Positions 25,508-38,800 of a DNA stretch of 64,000 bases are shown here, one piece after another. This DNA is from Kudoa neothunni (Eukaryota; Animalia; Cnidaria): the NCBI GenBank assembly GCA_964304625.1, contig OZ199838.1, positions 12,715,843 to 12,779,842 of the forward strand, read 5' to 3'. Both the position numbers and the translations under genes were made by a program. Every line of letters starts with the position of its first letter. Positions within the stretch are counted from its first letter, which is position 1. The notes under the pieces are model-generated. The model ran no database searches. It was not told where the DNA came from and worked only from the letters and a program-made list of their open reading frames with translations.

Positions 25508-27643
25508 TCACAAGCCGTACTTATATACTACCACGACGACGACGACAAAAACAATAATAGCTAAAAATATTCCAGACACCAATCCGCCATATGTGATAGA
25601 TTTGACTTTGGAGATTGACTTGAACCCCTTTCTGAAAAATGGTTTCGATCTCACACAGTATTGTTGTTCGAAGCACCACAACTGTATTCCGAAAAAACTG
25701 TTTGCGAACATGTCTCCCACCTCTAAAAAGTAATAATAAATTACAGCGAATATTGGAGATTGTTGAAAATACGTAAATCTTTTGACTGATGCACAAAGAC
25801 GCGTTTGGAAGGATGAGAACAACGATCTTTGGTGAAATTATACCATGTTTTTATTGTGAACCCATCATCAATTCTTATATTAGAATGCAGATGAGCTGGA
25901 AGAATCAACTCATCAAATATGATCATTTCGTCTACGGGACCCATTGTAATGAAACAATGTCTGAATCGATTAATAAATAAATATGTAAAAATATATTGTT
26001 TAGAAACTATACGTATATTCGGTTTGATTGTTTTCCGCCAATTCGATTTCGAATTCGAAAGGCGTTGTTGATTTTTCGTATACCTTGGGGCTTATATCAA
26101 TGAGGTATTCTATATATATTGTGACATCGCCAATTAAATTTAAAAGCTGACTTAATACTTGTTACAAACGAAGATCTTATATCAATAATAGGACTCTCGT
26201 AATGGATCCAGAATTGATATTTTGTGGCTGGTAGAAGTGACTGAATAATTCCACAAGTAGCATTGTGTGGATAGAGATTGAAATTTATTCGATTTTCTCC
26301 ATCAAACGACTTTAGTTTGATCAAAAAATTGTCGCTTAATGGCACGTTTTGTTTGCTGTCAGCCATCGCTATCACATCATATCGAATACTTGTCCATGTT
26401 TTCCAGTTAAACTTTACATCAAATCTACTTTCACCTACAACAAAATCCCCTCATTAAAACTTACGTTGTGTCATAATTATAATGTGTACTAATAAAAACC
26501 TGTTTGAAAGGTATGAGAGATTAAATTCATTGTGGGTGAGGTCAAAATTAATTTGTAGCTATACAGAGGGGTCAAGTCACTGATAGTGATTGTTACGTTT
26601 GTTGGGGAGTGTACTTTGATAACTTGGTTTTCATCGACGTAAATTCCTGCGCTATTAATCAAATCTTCCAAAATAAGATCCAGCTGCGAAAGATAGTTGA
26701 TTGAATCCTTGGAAAATCCAGTCAACCTAAAGGTGGCGCTTGTTCCCGAAATATTTTGGATGATTATTTTCAAATCAGGAACTGAAATTCGATAAATTAA
26801 AATTCTACATTACAAACTTTAATAATATAAGTATACGTGACACAAATTCATGCAACAGAGCATTTTTATAAGTAGTTCCAAATGGATTCCACAATTTTAA
26901 AACATATCGGAAACTTGGTTCCAATTGAGTTATATTTAAACCTTGGCAACTACTGCACAAGTTTGAGCCATGTGTGTCTGTATCGTTGCATTTGAGATTT
27001 GTCAATATATCACCCAAATACAGCTCATAATAGCACGTATTAGAGGTATCGATGTTGGTAGTGAAAACAAAGTATGTCGATGTTAATTTTACTGGGGTTA
27101 TTGTTACACGAGGATCTAATTATTATAAGCAGAAAATTATATTATCTAATTTAATAATTTTACTGGTCGATATTCTTATCTCATCCGTGTTATTGTATTT
27201 AATGAGATATTGCGATCCGGGAAGCAAATTTTTTATCTCGCAATCAGACATTTTTAAAGTAGAGACTAGAAATTAATATTACTCATTTCACGAATATAAA
27301 TATATTTAAAATACTTGGCATTTCATATGAAATACATCTTTTTAATACTTCAAGATTGGACCCACCGTTACAATTCAAACAAGCGATATTTAATTTTGTT
27401 TCATCAAGAGTAACTTTGGAGTAAGTTTTCAACGAAAATTGTACTGAATCTGTCGATTTCAAGTATGGGTTGGCTTCTAAATTCAGTTACAGAATATTAC
27501 GAACATTCTAAAAAAATAAATTCTACCTAATACGACAAGATCAGATGATTCTTCCAAGATACCATCTAAAGTCGTAAACTAATATCTATTTCGAGACTAT
27601 GTGATATCCTACTATAAAAAAGTGTAACGAAAACGCCTATCAT
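25508..27643 (-). CDS. Type-I membrane protein with FN3-like modules (paralog A), multi-exon; 3' end approximate
   Basis: Signal-like MIGVFVTLFI. Modules ending in LLPGSQY, LEPSFRY, LTPLYSY, LLPATKY. FGIQLWCFEQQYCVRS, then TM GIFLAIIVFVVVVVVVY. Short GT-AG introns. Confidence 0.75.
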
Positions 27644-27958
27644 TATTTCTTTTAAATTCAACATTTTTTTGTTGAATTTGGATGTGAACAATATAAATTG
27701 TGAATTAGCTCAAAATTCTATTCGCGGCCCCGACCACTGGTAAGCTTGTTTGAAATCCGCTTAATATTAAAACCTGTTTAGATAACCTGATTTATACGCA
27801 TCCGTAAACAATGTTATCTTTTTTTTACGATAAATAAAAATAATCATAACTGAGAAATCACCTTATGTTCAACAAGAGCATAAAAGAAATAATTATACAC
27901 CAAAGATCACACCCAAATTATTAAAATAATATATTAAAAAACAATAAATTATATATAT

Positions 27959-30073
27959 TTATATGTATCTAAATAACTTTGATCGTTGTGACAAAAAACT
28001 CTTGTACGATTCATGATACAGAATATAGAGAATGAACACCAATGTTGTTATCAACGATGCAAACACAACAACAACCACGTAAACTGAGAATTTATCCCAT
28101 TGTGGGGTGTCGTTTACTATTTTTGCGAACAAGTTATTCGATCTCACACAATAGCTATCTTCAAAGCACCACAACTGTACTCCAACGAAATATTTGTTCT
28201 GTTTTTTCCCTACAACTAAATAAAAATTCATTTTTGAATGCAGAAACATTATATAAATGGAAAATAGGTATTACGATGATAAAAAGGAAGTTTCTTGATA
28301 GTGAGGGTGAAATTATTGCATTCATTGTAGGTTTTATTGAGGAGTACATTCAAAGTGATGTTCGATTCACTCAGTCTCAGATTTCCATATTTTATCATAT
28401 CAGCAGTGATGTGTTCGTTGTGAATGAGTTCAGTCTGAGAGACAACTCCCAATAAAACACAGTACCTTAATCAATCACTATTAACGCATTTTACAAAGTT
28501 AGTTGTGTATGTACGTGAAATTTGTGTGTGGTGAGGAGAGTTGTTCAATGAAAAGACTTTTATTGCCATCATAATAAATTATCTTTGGATTTCCATCCCA
28601 AAAATAAACTATATACGTTTCATTGAAAGAAAATATGAATATATTTGTCGATTTACGTGTGTCTAATTTTTTGGTGACCACCAATCGACTACCCTGGTGA
28701 ACAAATTTTAGTTCGTACGTTTTAGACGGAAGCAAGTTATCTAATTTGAAATATCCATTATTATCAGAGGAGTAGTTGATCATTGTGTAGTTAAAATCAT
28801 CAATTTGTCTATAATATAAACGGCCATCCCCTTCCAAGTAATAACCATTTGAAGGTTCATTCGTTACAACGCTGCCTTCCACATGATACCACCCAATGGA
28901 CATGATTACCATACTAACATTATAGGTTTCTAAATCAGTTACTCCCTACAAGCTCTCATCACAGAAGCAAGCACTTGTAGTGAAAGATATATTATAGCTT
29001 TGTTTAGTGAGGGAGTTGATGGTGAAAAGTTGATAGCTGGTGCCGGGGCGGATTTCAGGGTATTTGATTCGAATAGTATACTCCAATAATAGGTTAGCTA
29101 TAGTGGTCACATCGGTGAGTTGATAAAAGAGATTTTCACCCAATATTCCGATGTTGTAACGTATAAAATTTTTGTACAACAAAGAAGTGGAGGTGAAACC
29201 GCTCAAAACGATATCAACAAAGTTACTACCCAAATCAGCAACTTTCAATTCAATATTTGGTGCTAAATGGCAATATATCATAAGCACAAATCATAGTCTA
29301 TAATAGTTAGTACAGGTAATAAATTTCCATCGACGAGTGTTAGATTTTACTGGATCGATACTTTTTGATTCCAGTCTTAGTTCATAGGAGGTTCCACCAC
29401 TGAGTTTGTTCAACAAAAATCCAGAACAACTCTCACAATTTGTATTTGTTTCAACAGAGTCGTGTTTGCAGAAATAATTCTCCAATTTAATGCCATTCTC
29501 AAACACTTGATATTCGCAAGGATTTACTACCAGACGGGTGAAAGTGGTTTCAAACAGATAGCTACTAGAAGTGATATATTCTTTAGTTGGATGGAACGTA
29601 TTCACTAATCAATATGATTATATCATTTTGTATAAACCTAGACTTACAGGTCTCTATATTGGTTTGAAATTCCTCTATTTGTAAACCCAAATACGCTACG
29701 TATTGGGAAGCTGGGAGTAGATTTCGAATTTTTACCAATATCAATTTCTTTTCCAGATATTCGCTAATTTCGTAGTTAGCTCTTCTTTTTCTGTAGTGAT
29801 GTTCACCGCTCTTTTTAATTTTTACATAACCTACGTAGGAGTCTTCGGTATCCCCAAGGAATACCAATGCTATGGTAGCTGTTGTTTGGGTCCTGTAGTT
29901 TAGTTGTTCCCCTACATCACAATCGGTCGGTAACAATGTTAAGATCCACTTCTTTTCCAATAAATGAAATAAAAATTAAACTTACGGATCACTATAGACG
30001 CTAGACCAGGCGTAATATTTTTTGTAGTGAACCAAGCTAAGCAAACCACGTAAAATAGTTTCATTCTCTCCAT
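27959..30073 (-). CDS. Type-I membrane protein with FN3-like modules (paralog B), tandem duplicate of A
   Basis: Signal-like MKLFYVVCLAWF. NLLPASQY, LSGGTSY, IRPGTSY, NLLPSKTY. VGVQLWCFEDSYCVRS, then TM VYVVVVVFASLITTLVFILYIL. Same domain order as A. Confidence 0.75.
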
Positions 30074-31669
30074 ATCGCAATCACTAATCAGATTCACCAA
30101 ATGAACAATCATACAATCTGTAACAAATGAATAACTCGCAAACTGGTCTAATAAACAGCTTATCAATGTTTTGCGATTAAATAGTTGTTATCTTTGTTCC
30201 TGATATTACTTTACCAAATCTCAATGCACAGATAGCATTAAAATTGTATAATTAACCAGCTGATCCTCGATTAAATCCAATTGTGAATGAAATGATACAA
30301 ATACATTATCATAAAGTCAAAATAGCCGTTATATTTATATATACAATCAAATATTCATAGAAAATAAGACAGTTAGACAGTTTACTCAGGTGATTAAAAT
30401 CGTGAAAGAAACCGCCAGCATAAGTGTAAAATAAACATTTACAGTTATATTTGGACAATATTATTAGTGATTTAACAATATGTGTTATTATTAAATTTGA
30501 ATTTTTTTGATGGGTGGATTATCAAATTACAACTACGAATGTCACGTGAACATTCTAAATAATTCGATCGATTTGTGAGTCGTATAATCCTTAAGTCACT
30601 TGGAGGCTTATGAAATAGCACATATACTAATTCCACCATTTAGGGATATATTAAATTTTAACAATATTTAATCGGCTAATAACGTTTTGATACTCAAGAT
30701 TTCAAGGGGCGTCTAATTGCGTAATTGAAAAATAAATATTTATTTAATTCAATCCTTCTTCCGCTGTAAGGAGAATAATTTAACGTGTTCTTTTAGGTTA
30801 TCTGTTTTAGCAGATTTGAAATCATAATAGATTATACCATAACATGTATTCATAGCGGAAAAATTAGATTAAAGTAAATTCTTTAAGTTTTTATTAGGCA
30901 GACGTAATTCTAATAACATTAATTTCAATCTAGGTCGTTCTTATGTTAGTTAACTTATTTAAATTATTAGAAACAAGCACAATAAACTTAATTGAGACTG
31001 TCGTTTTATGAAAATGTTCTTTAGATAATTCTCAATAGAGCGATCGCTTATACGCGCTAAACAGCCAAATAAATTTAGTTTATTCTTAGTAACGCGGCCC
31101 AACCAGCGGTTTGTATCACTTTTCTATCCATACCAATGTGAACAGGGAATTGTAAAAAGTTCAACTGTAACCCTATTACACGGATAACTTTGATAGAAAA
31201 TAAGATAAACAACGACGATAATATTAAGGAGATGGTCGGAAAGAAAGCCAAACACTTCCTTATTCAGCATCATAAGGAGTGGTTCGTGAATTAGAGAGAT
31301 TCATTGGAAAGAATCGCACATTTAAGATATCCCGATATGAGTTACGTAAACAGAATTTGTAGTATAATAAGCTTAATAAGATTAGAATCAGAATTGGTTT
31401 GTATTGATAAATAACCAAAATATTTTCAAGTTAATTTTTAATGTTTCACCCAATGAAAAATTTATTATAATAATTATTAGGTGAAAATTTAACGTCGTAA
31501 AAAATCCATTTTACGGCTGCAAAACTTACAAATAGAATTAGTACTACACAGTAAAACTTAACAGAGATAAATCTCGGAAGTAATTACACCTATAGGATTA
31601 TCAATTGGACTAAAATAAAAATAGATAGTTGAAGGAATACACATATAACCTGTCGAACAACATTTCAAG

Positions 31670-34356
31670 ATGCCACCGAGAAAGTTGCTCAAGTCAATGT
31701 TTGGTATTGGCTCGGGGTCATCAAAAGGCGATAGAAAACATGGAGATTCCTCTAAAAAGTAATTAAAGTTAATTTTAAATTATTGTAAAATATACGAAGA
31801 AAATTGGACGACTCTTTCCTCAGCGATAGTCTTTCACTACTCAGCTACAGGACTTTGACTTATGGTAACGAATTTTTGGAAGAATTCCGATTATTGATCA
31901 GTCAACTGTCCAACCAAATAAATACCCCAGAATATCTGGATGTATATTTTTGCATTTTCTTAATTATTATTTTTATACGAGTGAGTTTAGCATCAATTTG
32001 AAATTATCATTAGTAATGTAATTAACGAATTGTACAAAGAGTCTCACGATAAACAACAAGAGTATTGATTGTTCAATATATTGGTCTGTTGTTATGTATT
32101 TTTTAGAAAATATATGGGCTTATGCAGTCAACTACTAGCCTTAATCAGCGTCGAATATCATAGTACGCTTGTAACTAAAACAGACAAACTACTGGAAAAA
32201 ATTGATCACTACATAAGTAATGTTAACAGTGAAAAGTTGAAATCCTTCAAAAAAGACATAAAAACTTACTTCAAAAACATTGATTCCCCCCAAAAATTAT
32301 CTAAAAATGGAATGGATAAACAAAACAGTGGTTATTTTTCAAAATACAACAATAACAAAGATTTGTCGTCCACTGAAACTAAACCTGATGAAATAATCAG
32401 CTCTTTTGAACTTTATCTTATAGAATTGTGTGAAATACAACGAGAAATGGCCAATGTACTCGTGGACGATATCGACATCATTGAGAACTATCACAGGCAA
32501 TGCTGCAATAATATTGGACGACAACTCTATCACATCGAAGATATTATTTATGGAAACGTCAAAAAACCAATACTCGGTGTAAGTCTACGCAAACTCAAAG
32601 CGACCTACCTGCAGGATATCTCGGTTTTTCTAACTAGAACATTCCGGTTTCTAATTGACAACGATATTCAACATTATAACGTAATTTATTGTTAAACTAT
32701 CAGTTGGTCTAAAATTTTTATACAAAAACTATAGATTATAGGTCTCTTTGATGAGCGTCCAGAAAATATTGAACTTCTCCAAGAATTCAAAGTATAAACA
32801 TTATGTTAATAGATATGGAATTAAATTATTACTCATTGAACGTTTTTTATTACAATTCTTTAGAATTTATTGTTTTCGGGAAGTCTAACTATGAACCAAT
32901 ATAAAGACAATTTGAATGTCGTGACAAGTACATTCATACATGCCAAAATCCAACAATAGTATATTTATTTTTGACTGTTAAATATTAGGAGGAATCGTGG
33001 TTTATTTTGAGGAACTTCCGCTGTCATTAATACATGTAGACGAGCCAGTAGATTGGTCAGTGGAGTCGAAAAAGTATACTTTTTCGAGTTTTTTTGTAGG
33101 TTATAAATATGTTACAGAAAAAATTATGTACAAAGATGTTACATATTCATAAATATTATCAATAACTTGCCATACTTGCATCGGATAAACTTAATGTATT
33201 TAATGGCGTTTCTGAGCGCTTTAGAACGTTGTTCTGATATCGGCCCTCCAGCCACTACCTATCTAGCTAAAATATTTGTAAATTGCTTATTCTCATCAGA
33301 CTACCTATCAAGGCATGATATTGCTGCGTTGGAACTCATTTTCGCAGAATTGATCGATAATTTTAAAATTTTCTTCCCGGATGAATCCAAACGCTTCACG
33401 TTTGGTTTACGTTTACCATCAAATCCAAATCAAAAGGCAATCAGAACCGATGGCATGCTTAACCATGAACAAGAAAGAAATGTTAGTATGCTGTTGGGGA
33501 CTAATAGAAACGAAATAATCTCACAAAGACATTCATTTACAATTAAATTAACCGATCAGATTGAGCGTAACTCCAAACAGGAAGAAATTTTATTTAACCG
33601 CATATTTTATAGTGCAAAAGATTAGCAATAAACCCACACGAAGCAACTCCTTATACAATGGTGAGAAAACCCAAATTAACACCAGTATTTTAGTATCATG
33701 TTTCTCTTATTAATAATCGTATGATAGATAACAATGATGAAGTTTGTACAAATCTGGACGGTTCAACGATCTTTAATCCTTCTGATTTTAATTTAAGTAC
33801 TGATGACATACTAAACCTTGATTCAGGACCCCTAAATATTAAATCATCTGACGTAGAATGCAATGATATCAACAGTAACACCGACACGGGAACAAACCAC
33901 AATTTGGAACATAGTGTATCATCTCCACAGACGACATCCAAAGATCGCCTTATGTCACCCATTGGTGATAATATTGAAAACTCATTGGTTCACAAAAGGA
34001 ATTCTAAAAACGATTTATGCCGTATTAATAGACCTAAAAGCGGCGATTTTAAGATGAAAATAACTCGTGAACGTTCCGTCAGTTATATTATTCAACAATA
34101 TAACCTAATGGCTAAAAGCCAGGATATCATTCACATTTTTCAATATCCTGAAGGACCACCCAACAAACCTACAAGTAATAAAACAAATTTACCCCCAATT
34201 CCGCCTAAACCTCAAATAAATATGGCAACATTAAACAAACCGGCTTTTAGAAGTGTAAGAAAGTCCCATTCCGATGATATGCCACCGGAAGAAAATATTC
34301 CCTCTCTGGATGAAAGAATTAGAAGACTCCGAGATAAAATGGAGAATTTTGATTGA
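31670..34356 (+). CDS. BAR/coiled-coil + RhoGAP-fold protein with Pro-rich tail (SH3BP1/ARHGAP17/44-like architecture), multi-exon
   Basis: Helical N-terminus (EIQREM..YHRQC), KPILGVSL, IGLFD, YFEELPLSLI, LPYLHRINLMYLMAFL, LAKIF, ELIDNFKIFF, then PPIPPKP tail. Splice phases join into an open frame where checked. Confidence 0.7.
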
Positions 34357-34656
34357 CTGGAATACAAATTTTTTAACTTTTCACAACAGTTATTCGTCTT
34401 CTTTTCAGCACATTTTCCGTTGTTGTTAATTTCTCGATGAACTTGTATTCATTATTTTATTACTAAATATAGACTAGCAATTTTAATTATGAAATAACAA
34501 GTAAAGCTAAATTTTATTTAATACTACCATTCTGCAGTATGGATAATCTTACTAAAATGTCTCGAATAAAAAATGCTTTATTTTATTAGAAATAGTATTA
34601 AATTTCTTATAATAGTTTTAAATTTATTCAAAAATAAAAAAATAGATTTGACTTAA

Positions 34657-35879
34657 CCTACAAACGATACTGGGGTCAATTCGACCCCGAAGTAAAATTG
34701 ATTAACGTATAACTTTTTCTTCCTTAGCTCCAATGTTCTTGAATTTAAGCTATTGTTTATAAATATATTCTCCTATATAATCGGAGAGAATTGGATAATT
34801 TAGGTTTTTCTATGTAACCAAAATTTGAAGGATACCCTCCAACAATCATTTGGGGTCGAATCGACCCCGTCTTTTTATTTCATCATTTTGTACATAAGTT
34901 TCATTAAATTTGTTGTGAGATATTACAAAAATTTACCCACTGAATTCTAAGGAAAATAAAAATTAATCCTTGAACTAATTTTACGCAACCTATTCGAAGA
35001 TTGCTCGTGCACGATATCGATGATCGATTGCATTAGATAGTATAAATGTTTTTTTCCTTCAATAATAATTTAGTATCGGGATAGTATCTATGGACTCTAA
35101 ATTTAATTTTTTATTCCATAACGATTAATCTTCTGGCAGTGAAAATGAGGATGTTATAATCGAGGGTCTCTCAAGAAACTGATAACGGCGATCTGGGCGT
35201 ATACGCTAATTCATTTATTAGCAAATTGGGGTTAGTTTAGAATCTTACAAAATATCTACGTCAAGAACAAGCGCATAAAATATTTTTTTTGAACTTTCTG
35301 CCACGCTCAACAATCTATACGACGTTGAGAGTGAAATCAATGCTTAATTGTTGATATTTGCGGGTTGTGCAATCGCCAATTTTGCATTGACCAGTTAATT
35401 AGATGTTTCATTAAGTATTTTAAAACTTGAAAAAATAAACCACGGAAATAATATATCACGTAGGTAGTCTTATGTTATGGATGAACGTTGGAATGCGCTA
35501 TTTTTTTATGTTCACAAAGTCATAAAGCCATCTTTTATGTTTGTTTTAATTCCAGTAAAATTTCGCAAAAATTGTAATAACTAGCATCATTAAATTAGTT
35601 TGTAAAGATGAATCTCATTTCACATTGTAGCCGCCGTTTCCCCAGTATGTAATATTAACGATATGTGGCGAAGTTATCTGAATCCGTACATTAACGGATT
35701 ATCAGAGATTAATGAATTAGTAAGTCTTAATTTACTCAAAACTTCCTCGATAGATTTCTTACATATTTTATAAACCGAAACAAAATATTTTTTAATACAA
35801 AAAAATAAAATAAAAATACGAGGTCGATTCGACCCCAAATGATCGTTGGAGGTAAGTCGTTTTTGTGATCGCTCGAGGG
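34657..35879. mobile_element. Non-autonomous piggyBac (MITE-like, 1.22 kb)
   Basis: TTAA flanks (34653-56, 35880-83), right end ..CTCGAGGG, three GGGGTC-N5-GACCCC palindromes (~34672, ~34852, ~35820). Confidence 0.85.
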
Positions 35880-36159
35880 TTAATTAAACCTATATAAATA
35901 AGACAACTTTGGTAAATTTAATACACCACTCCGATTCACTTTTGCTTAGTAACGTTTAGGCGGTATTACAGAGTAACCTCGAACTCAAACCATAATCCGT
36001 TCTAGAAGTGTGTTCGAATTCCGAATCAATTTTCCCGTGTAAAATAATGAAAATTAGTTTAATCCGTAATATTCATCGAATAAACGATTATTTTTATTCT
36101 TATTTATAAAAAAACAACCATTCCTTGTGTTTATCAAATATAATAATAAAAATGAGATA

Positions 36160-36372
36160 TACGAAGTAACACAATCTCCGAATTGGGATTCGAACCTGCG
36201 TTATTAGCAAAAAAGGCGGTGGTGCCATACCGCACTGCCCTCGATCGCGCATAAATGGTTGGTGGATTCCAACCCATATAATTAGAGACCGTAATTTTCG
36301 ACGGTTATTTTTAAAAAATTCGACGTTTATCGATTTTAATCGAAAATTACGACCTCTGCTTATAATCCACAT
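36160..36372 (-). repeat. Hairpin + tRNA-like repeat, copy 2 (interrupted by a hAT MITE)
   Basis: Reverse complement aligns with 19613-19750 and has a canonical B-box GGTTCGAATCCC. Confidence 0.65.
36283..36358. mobile_element. 76-bp hAT-like MITE
   Basis: 19-bp TIRs (TAGAGACCGTAATTTTCGA / TCGAAAATTACGACCTCTG), 8-bp TSD CATATAAT/CTTATAAT. Absent from copy 1 of the host repeat. Confidence 0.8.
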
Positions 36373-36636
36373 GCTACATGGTATAATATTTTTTGGTCGT
36401 CATAGGATAGATTATAAAGGGTTTTCTCTCGACGACGTTCACACAATTTGATTGAACAAATCTCCTTCTAGAATTTTTTTTCTCTGTTTTTTGCCACAAC
36501 TTGATTTGTTCTGGATACTCTTTCTGTGTTCGAACTCAAAAGTGTTTCTGACTCAAAATTTTTGGTCGAGATCCGAGGTTGCACTGTAATGTGTATTATT
36601 TAGTTGAAGCCTTCTAAGGACCTTATACGATTATTC

Positions 36637-36675
36637 CAAGTTTAATTATAATTTTTCAAATTATAATTAAACTTG
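36637..36675. repeat. Perfect 18-bp inverted repeat with 3-nt loop
   Basis: CAAGTTTAATTATAATTT-TTC-AAATTATAATTAAACTTG. Confidence 0.9.
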
Positions 36676-37319
36676 AACCAAATACGAATCAGATAAAGTT
36701 AATCTAATTTTTTTCGACTCTATATAGAATGTAAAAGTTACTCTGACGACAAGGAGTTAGTAAGTGACCTTAGATGATGTCTTTCTGAATTGTTTTATCT
36801 GTTTTCAACCATTTAGTATACGCTACTAATCACACTAGCAATAGTACTACATCAAATCTAACATAATTACTTTTGTCAGTTTATTGAAGATTAATTTAAT
36901 ATTTCGCTATTCTAAAAGCGAAATAACACAAATATTTTTTTAATTTTGATATAAAAACTTTTTATAAAATACACGCGAATGTTAGCTAAAATAATTTGCA
37001 TTATTTTAAAACCTTACTATGGGTATACGGCAAAATATTACGAAACTTCACGTCCATTGTCACCCAGTTGACACTAATTATATTAAAACCTTAATTTATT
37101 ATTATATATGTAATATTCATTAAATTAATCTAAAAATTAAATGAATAGATTAGAGCATATTTTTGTTAAAACTTTAAGTTTAAAAAATAAGATATAAAAA
37201 TATATTCCTAGTTTTGTGATGCATTAGCTTTTTTATATTTTTAACTTCTAAATGTTAGAAAAATGTCTTATGAATCAACATATTTAAAATACCCTCTTGA
37301 TTCTTATATCAATTTTAGA

Positions 37320-38800
37320 TATCGTATAATGTATATTAAAGCTACTGCTTCCAACGTTGCGTGTGATAAATCACCATCGTAAAAGTAAGGGGGAATATTT
37401 TAGACTAATCCACCAAACTTTAATTGCTGGAACTATCCGAAAAACAATAATTGTGAAGTTATATTGCGGGGGTTTCTGTTCCTCTTTTGTGGATAATTGC
37501 CTTTCACATGACTTATAAATAAGGCTTCTTTAGAGATACTTCTCTAAACTTTTTCATTCAAAAGGTTAAACTCCAAAATATGTTATGTATGATAAACGAG
37601 TTATTATTCATAGATTCTTAAATAATTAGTCCTACAAAATCACGTTATTTAATAGTTTCAAAAAAATTTTAGGTCTAATTCAATAGTTATTGAATATCGC
37701 TTTAAATGACAAATTATAAAACTATTTTGACAATGATATGCCATTTTTATTATATTTATCTTTTCCCACAGTTATACAGTAGGAAACCGATTTTCCGTAA
37801 CTTTCTGCGCGAAAAAAATAAAAAGATAAACCTGTTTTAAAAAGATTAATTTCATTTATACTATCAGCTACTTTTATTGAAGCAGTATGTTGTTTTATGT
37901 TATTTGTAATTATATTTTTAAATGTGTATGTCGTAATTTTATCATCTTGACTCATTATTTCGTCCAGATAATCAATTCCTCTTTGTCGTATATATCTTCT
38001 GCATGTTTAAACATTTAAATGAATCTTTTGATTATATAAATTCTACTACTTTTAAATCTTCAGTTTCAAAATTAGCAGATTCAACAACCAAAGGAGTAAG
38101 CTCGTCAAAGTGTTTTGATGTAGGCATAATGACTTCCCCTTGAATAATTTCGGAATTTCCAGCTGAGAATTCTTTATTGCTAAAATCAATATTTAATGAA
38201 CGCTCGCATGTATTGGCCGAAGGAAACTCATATTTTCTGAATCAGTTAAATACAATATCTTTTGAAACATCGTCCCATTATTTATAAATTATAATTAGGA
38301 ACAATGTTTGAAGCATACCTTGAGAGGATAAATTTATATCACTGCTAACTGTAGAAATATGGCTTTCTATTAAACTATTTTTGAAATTTGATTTGAATGA
38401 GGAAATGATTTCATGGTCTAATAGTTGCAAAACGCTAGCTGAATTCTTCGTAAGGAATATAAGAAAGATATTGGATAATTGAATTTCAGCGTGGCAAGTG
38501 GTATTATTAAGAAGTAGAAAAACTTCCTTGTACTTCGTTTTGAATACATTGTCAAAATTAGAAAGATATTTATTAAATGTTTTCCTACTCATCCGTTCTT
38601 TGCTTTTTGATTTGTATTTTATTAGAAATGTTTTTGCATTTTTAAAACAACGTGGTTTTTGTGATTTCCAATCACAAGAGATTCAATGCAACCTCCAGGA
38701 GTAAATGCATGTCGCAAACAGTAACTATTTTTTAGATTTTTTTTTCTCGACAAAACATAGCATTAAAAATAATGGACATCTTCGTTTCTACTGAAATAAT
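37320..38800 (-). pseudogene. Degraded coding region of unknown origin, possibly with an N-terminal RING-like motif
   Basis: Same-strand ORF fragments 38278-38592 and 37722-37955. Frame-broken CP...VTVC-RHAF..GCIES...PRC near 38650-38780. Confidence 0.3.

Larger units (their letters stand above)
35969..36586. mobile_element. Tigger/pogo-type MITE
   Basis: TA|CAGAGTAACCTCGAACTC ... GAGATCCGAGGTTGCACTG|TA, subterminal GTGTTCGAA at both ends. Confidence 0.7.

Noticed and set aside
27508-27526. 19-nt ultra-short intron in FN3 paralog A
   Set aside because: It produces an immediate stop. The ~50-nt alternative acceptor gives an open frame.
34657-35879. CRISPR-like palindromic repeats
   Set aside because: Only three irregularly spaced copies, explained as piggyBac subterminal repeats in a eukaryotic context.
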